Positions 59,632-64,000 of a DNA stretch of 64,000 nucleotides are shown piece by piece. The stretch lies in NCBI GenBank assembly GCA_963820525.1, contig CAWGAA010000002.1, forward strand, positions 96,001 through 160,000, read 5' to 3'. The stretch's first letter is position 1. Each line of letters starts with the position of its first letter. A model generated the notes under the pieces. It was not told where the DNA came from. It ran no database searches and saw only the letters and a program-made list of their open reading frames with translations. The translations under genes were made by a program, and so were the position numbers. The DNA is from an uncultured Spirochaetota bacterium (GTDB taxonomy: Bacteria > Spirochaetota > Spirochaetia > SZUA-6 > Fen-1364).

Positions 59632-60519
59632 TCAGCCCCTGGCTCCCTTTTTCACGGGGATCCAGACTTCACAGTAGTAATCCGCGGAGCCGGTGTCACC
59701 CATGGAGTAGACTTCGAGCTCCGGCCCGCCCGCGTGCTCGTAGCCCGACGTGGGAAACCAATCCCCGTAGATCCGCTTGATCGTATTTTGAATCGACTTG
59801 GGCAGCGGGCCGCGCGATTCGAAGATTGCCCAGGTTCCCGCTTTTGCCGTCATGTCCACGCAGCCCGCGGGAAGGCGGGAGCGGTCCACGGGAGATTCAA
59901 TAGCTATGAGGTAGGTGAACTCGTGCGTCTTGGGGTCCCAATCTCCCGCGCTGACGCCCATTACCCCGAGCCTGGATCCCCCGGGTATCGACATCTGCAG
60001 TTGCTCGAAGCTCTTGTCCTTCATGATCCGATCCCAGAAGGCCGGGATTGTTTCGAAGCTCTTGTCTCCTTCCGTCGTTGCGCGCAGCGGCAGGCCGGTC
60101 ATCTTTATGGCCTCGTGGTTCTCGATCCTGAAATTCATCGGTGCATCTCCTTTGAGGACAATGGAGAAGGAGAATCGCGGCCAGGTCTTCAGCCGAACCC
60201 CCGGCTCCCTGGCTTCGCTGGGCGTGATGCCGAACTCGCGCTTGAAAGCCCGCGCGAAGGCGTCCGGCGAGTCGTAGCCAAGGCGTATGGCAAGGTCGAT
60301 GACCTTGACCTCCCTCGTGGTGAGCTCCAGGGCGGCCAGGCTCAGCCTCCGCCTCCTTACGTACTCGCCCGCGGAGATCCCGGCGACGACATCGAACATC
60401 CGCAGGAAGTGGAAGGTCGAGCAATTCGCCTCGGCCGCGGCGCTCTCCCACCTCACCTCGTCCTCGAGATGCTCCTCGATATAGTCCAGGGCGGCGTTCA
60501 TCCGCTGTTGCCAGTCCAT
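59632..60519 (-). CDS. AraC-family regulator with GyrI-like effector domain
   Basis: ALDYIEEHL, YVRRRRLSLAA, GYDSPDAFARAFK, WFPTSGYE, EVWIPV. Confidence 0.92.
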   Translation of the reverse strand: MDWQQRMNAALDYIEEHLEDEVRWESAAAEANCSTFHFLRMFDVVAGISAGEYVRRRRLSLAALELTTREVKVIDLAIRLGYDSPDAFARAFKREFGITPSEAREPGVRLKTWPRFSFSIVLKGDAPMNFRIENHEAIKMTGLPLRATTEGDKSFETIPAFWDRIMKDKSFEQLQMSIPGGSRLGVMGVSAGDWDPKTHEFTYLIAIESPVDRSRLPAGCVDMTAKAGTWAIFESRGPLPKSIQNTIKRIYGDWFPTSGYEHAGGPELEVYSMGDTGSADYYCEVWIPVKKGARG

Positions 60520-60749
60520 CACCCCCCCGTTGTCCATGATAATCGCACGCGCGGGCGCGTGTTTCGCAAACCCTGCGGCTGATGCCGCAGGTTCACTCAT
60601 GAATAGTAGCAGGGTTTCATCGCTCCTTGCCCGACTTTTTTTGCCGAGTACGCTCGGGGTTCCCGAGAAACCGGCAGGCTGGCCTGGACCCGAACCGGCC
60701 GGCTCAAATCATGCCCACAGCGGTTCCGCTCGATGACGGGCTGCCCCAT

Positions 60750-60786
60750 AAAAAAAGCCCCGCAGCTCTGTCGCGGGCTGCGGGGC
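60750..60786 (-). terminator. Rho-independent terminator of ppdK
   Basis: GCCCCGCAGC...GCTGCGGGGC-TTTTTTT on the minus strand. Confidence 0.85.
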
Positions 60787-60808
60787 GTACATTCACAAGG
60801 GTTCGAAC

Positions 60809-61018
60809 CTACTTTTTCTTCCCTTTTACCGCCGGCTTTTTTACGGCGGGCTTCTTGGCCGCGGGCTTCTTCGCGACGGGCTTCCTGGGCGGCGCGGCCT
60901 TCTTGGCCGAGGCGGCCTTGGGCGCCGGCTTCTTGGCCGCGGGTTTCTTCACCGCCGGCTTCTTGGCCGCGGGCTTCTTCACGGCGGCCTTGGCCGCGGG
61001 CTTCGCGGCAGGCTTGGA
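60809..61018 (-). repeat. Coding tandem repeats (KPAAK/KPAVK, ~15 bp units)
   Basis: Repeated gccgcgggcttctt units encoding KKPAA/KKPAV. Confidence 0.9.
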
Positions 61019-63772
61019 AGCGGCCATGACCGCTTCCTCCGCGGCTTGCTGCGCCGCAGCGAGCTTGGCCAGCGGCACGCGGTACGGCGAGCAGGACACA
61101 TACGTCATTCCCACTCTGTGGCAGAAGCGGACGCTCTCCGGCTCTCCTCCATGCTCGCCGCAGATTCCGATCTTCAGCTTGGGATTCACCGCGCGGCCCT
61201 TGGAGATGCCCATCTCGATCAGCTCTCCGATGCCTTCCTGGTCGATGGTCTGGAAGGGGTCCGCCGGGAGGATCTTCTTCTCGAGGTAGCGGGGGAGGAA
61301 ACCGCCCATGTCATCGCGGGAGAACCCGAAGCCCATTTGCGTGAGGTCGTTGGTGCCGAAGGAGAAGAACTCGCATTCCGCGGCGAACTTGTCCGCGGTG
61401 ACGCAGGCCCGCGGGATCTCGATCATCGTTCCGACCACGAGAACGAGCCTGGCGGGAGAGAGGCTGAACTTGGCAAGGACCTTTTCATAGACCGGCTTGA
61501 TCAGCTTTTTCTGGTCCACGATCTCCGTCACGCTGGAGGTGACGGGAATCATGAGCTCGGGCCGCGCGTCGATGCCGGCCTGGATGAGCTCGGCTGCAGC
61601 CTCCAGGATCGCCTGGGTCTGCACCTCGGTCATCTCGGGATAGGAGACGCCCAGCCGCACGCCGCGGTGGCCCATCATGGGGTTGGACTCGTGGAGCGAA
61701 TCCGCCCGCCTGTTGAACTCCTCTGTGGAGATCCCCAGATCGGTGGCCAGACGCTGCCTTTCATCGGGGCGATTGGGGACGAACTCATGGAGAGGGGGAT
61801 CGAGGAAGCGGAACGTGACGGGCAGGCCCTTCATCACCTCCATGGTCCTCTTAACGTCGTCCTTCATGAAGGGGAAGAGCTCCGCGAGGGCCTTCCTCCG
61901 CTCCTCCTCGGTCTTGGAGACGATCATCCGCCGAAGGAGGAACAGGGGCCTGTCGGAGCCTTCGCCGTAGAACATGTGCTCGAAGCGGAACAGCCCGATG
62001 CCCTCGGCGCCGAACTCCCGCGCCTTCCTGGCATCCTGGGGCGTGTCGGCGTTGGTGCGCACGCCGAGCTTTCTCACCTTGTCGCAGGTGCCCATGAAGG
62101 CCACGAAGTTGGGGTTCTCCCCGGCGGCCTTGATCAGCGGCAGGGAGCCGCGATACACGGCGCCCTTGCTTCCATTGAGGGTGAGCCAGTCTCCCTCTTT
62201 CACAACGATGCCCTTCACGCTGAGCTGCCTCTGCGCCATGTCGACGTGGATGTCACCCGCACCGACGATGCAGCACTTGCCCCATCCGCGGGCCACGAGG
62301 GCCGCGTGGGATGTCATGCCTCCCCGGGCTGTGAGAATTCCCTGAGCGGCCCGCATCCCCTCCACGTCCTCGGGGTTGGTCTCTTCGCGCACGAGGATCA
62401 CTTTCTTGCCCGCCTTGGTCCACTCCACGGCGTCGTTGGCCGTGAGAACCACCTGCCCGACCGCTCCGCCGGGACCCGCGGGGAGGCCCTTGACGAACGT
62501 GGCGGTCTCCCTCTCCTTGGCCGGGTCGATGATGGGGTGGAGGAGCTCGTCGAGCTGGGCCGGGGTGATGCGCATCACGGCCTCCGCTGGTCCGATCAGG
62601 CCTTCCTTCACCATCTCGACCGCCATGCGGACCGCCGCGGGACCGTTCCTCTTGCCGACGCGGCACTGGAGCATCCACAGCTTGCCCTTCTCTATGGTGA
62701 ACTCGAGGTCCAGCATGTCCTTGTAGTGCTTCTCCAGCCTTCTCTCGATGGCGTAGAGCTCCTGATAAATCCGGGTGAACTGCTTCTCCAGGGAAGGCAG
62801 GTCCCGGGTGTGCTCGGATTTGCCTGCCTCGTTGATGGGGTAGGGGGTGCGGATTCCCGCCACCACGTCCTCTCCCTGGGCATTGGGAAGCCACTCGCCG
62901 TAGAAGACGTTCTCTCCCGTGGCGGGGTTCCTGGTGAAGGCAACGCCGGTGCCCGAATCGTTTCCCATGTTGCCGAAGACCATGGACTGCACCGTGACGG
63001 CCGTCCCCCACTCATCGGGAATTTCTTCGATGCGGCGGTAGGAGATGGCGCGCTTGCCGTTCCAGCTCTGGAACACGGCGCGGATGCCGCCCCACAGCTG
63101 CTCCAGGGGATCCTCGGGGAAATCCTTTCCCAGCACCTCGCGCACCTTGGCCTTGTAGATCCTGATCAGCGACTTGAGGTCTTCCGCGGACAGCTCCGTG
63201 TCCTGCTTGACGCCCTTGGCGCGCTTCATCTTGTCCAGCTCGCGCTCCAGCTGCTGGCGGATTCCCATTCCCTCCGCCGGCTCCTTGCCTTCCGCCTTCT
63301 CCATGACGACGTCGGAATACATCTGGATGAGCCTGCGGTACGCGTCGTAGACGAAGCGGGGGTTCCCCGTGGCATTGATGATTCCCTGGGCCGTCTTCTC
63401 ATTGAGGCCCACGTTGAGCACCGTCTCCATCATGCCGGGCATCGATTTCCTCGCCCCCGAGCGCACCGACACGAGAAGGGGATTCTCGGGATTTCCGAAC
63501 TTGTGGCTCATGATCTTTTCTATGTGAGCGAGGCCGTTTTTCACCTGCGCATCCAGCCCCGCTGGGTATTTGCCCTTGTTCTTGAAGAAATGGGTGCAGA
63601 TCTCGGTGGTGATCGTGAATCCTGCCGGAACGGGGAGCCTGAGGTCGGGATGGCCGGCCATCTCCGCGAGGTTGGCGCCCTTGCCGCCGAGGAGATTTTT
63701 CATCTTCTCGTTCCCGTCGGCTTTCCCTCCGCCGAACAGATATACGAACTTGCCGCTCGTTTCTGGACTCAT
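60809..63772 (-). CDS. ppdK: Pyruvate phosphate dikinase with Lys/Ala/Pro-rich C-terminal tail
   Basis: LLGGKGANLAEM, SMPGMM, GGMTSHAA, NPMMGHRG, FGTNDLTQ, CGEHGGEP. Confidence 0.97.
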   Translation of the reverse strand: MSPETSGKFVYLFGGGKADGNEKMKNLLGGKGANLAEMAGHPDLRLPVPAGFTITTEICTHFFKNKGKYPAGLDAQVKNGLAHIEKIMSHKFGNPENPLLVSVRSGARKSMPGMMETVLNVGLNEKTAQGIINATGNPRFVYDAYRRLIQMYSDVVMEKAEGKEPAEGMGIRQQLERELDKMKRAKGVKQDTELSAEDLKSLIRIYKAKVREVLGKDFPEDPLEQLWGGIRAVFQSWNGKRAISYRRIEEIPDEWGTAVTVQSMVFGNMGNDSGTGVAFTRNPATGENVFYGEWLPNAQGEDVVAGIRTPYPINEAGKSEHTRDLPSLEKQFTRIYQELYAIERRLEKHYKDMLDLEFTIEKGKLWMLQCRVGKRNGPAAVRMAVEMVKEGLIGPAEAVMRITPAQLDELLHPIIDPAKERETATFVKGLPAGPGGAVGQVVLTANDAVEWTKAGKKVILVREETNPEDVEGMRAAQGILTARGGMTSHAALVARGWGKCCIVGAGDIHVDMAQRQLSVKGIVVKEGDWLTLNGSKGAVYRGSLPLIKAAGENPNFVAFMGTCDKVRKLGVRTNADTPQDARKAREFGAEGIGLFRFEHMFYGEGSDRPLFLLRRMIVSKTEEERRKALAELFPFMKDDVKRTMEVMKGLPVTFRFLDPPLHEFVPNRPDERQRLATDLGISTEEFNRRADSLHESNPMMGHRGVRLGVSYPEMTEVQTQAILEAAAELIQAGIDARPELMIPVTSSVTEIVDQKKLIKPVYEKVLAKFSLSPARLVLVVGTMIEIPRACVTADKFAAECEFFSFGTNDLTQMGFGFSRDDMGGFLPRYLEKKILPADPFQTIDQEGIGELIEMGISKGRAVNPKLKIGICGEHGGEPESVRFCHRVGMTYVSCSPYRVPLAKLAAAQQAAEEAVMAASKPAAKPAAKAAVKKPAAKKPAVKKPAAKKPAPKAASAKKAAPPRKPVAKKPAAKKPAVKKPAVKGKKK

Positions 63773-64000
63773 ACGGTATTCTCCCTTTCTCTCCATTGGG
63801 TTTCAGCCAAGCAGTTTCTACAATTATTAGCTGGAATCTGCATAAATGAATACCCCAAAGGTCCGACGAAAGTCAAGTCAAGCCTGGGGATCGTGACAGG
63901 GCGAACGCACATAAATGGGGCGGCGGGTGCGGTGCTCATTTTGCACCGAATAGCACCCCGGAATTGTCCCATCCGGCCTTCAACCTCCTGCCTTTACTAC

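Noticed and set aside
63773..64000. tRNA or riboswitch upstream of ppdK
   Set aside because: No cloverleaf or recognisable aptamer; truncated by the window edge.

Overview
GC-rich bacterial chromosome segment. The gene set points to a free-living spirochaete (inference): archaeal-type PyrH, lolA-rodZ-rimO-uvrD-gatCAB-folE2, and a TPR/transglutaminase-like family protein. Most of the window is housekeeping: aconitase, pyrH, serA, gatCAB, folE2, rplM-rpsI-recX, glmS, a sufT-C-B-D-Rieske-S-U operon, sod, a GH2 beta-galactosidase and ppdK. Two accessory blocks stand out. The first (1-3260) holds an AT-rich sulfatase-like gene, a NoeA-like kinase-like/methyltransferase gene and a small YIDPGxGS membrane peptide. 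The second (8000-18034) holds a beta-barrel/transglutaminase-like Cys enzyme/TPR gene, a large repeat lipoprotein with a recent ~570 bp internal duplication, a Cys-less redoxin-like multidomain protein, an M64 metallopeptidase with a small partner, and a membrane protein. Other notable items are Lys/Pro/Ala-rich histone-like tails on PpdK and GatA, a SerK/SbnI-like serine kinase, IscR/Rrf2-like operators at suf and sod, apparently leaderless genes, and a chemoreceptor pseudogene broken in two places. I saw no CRISPR array, rRNA, tRNA, transposase or integrase. All family calls come from motif recognition by eye, not database searches.
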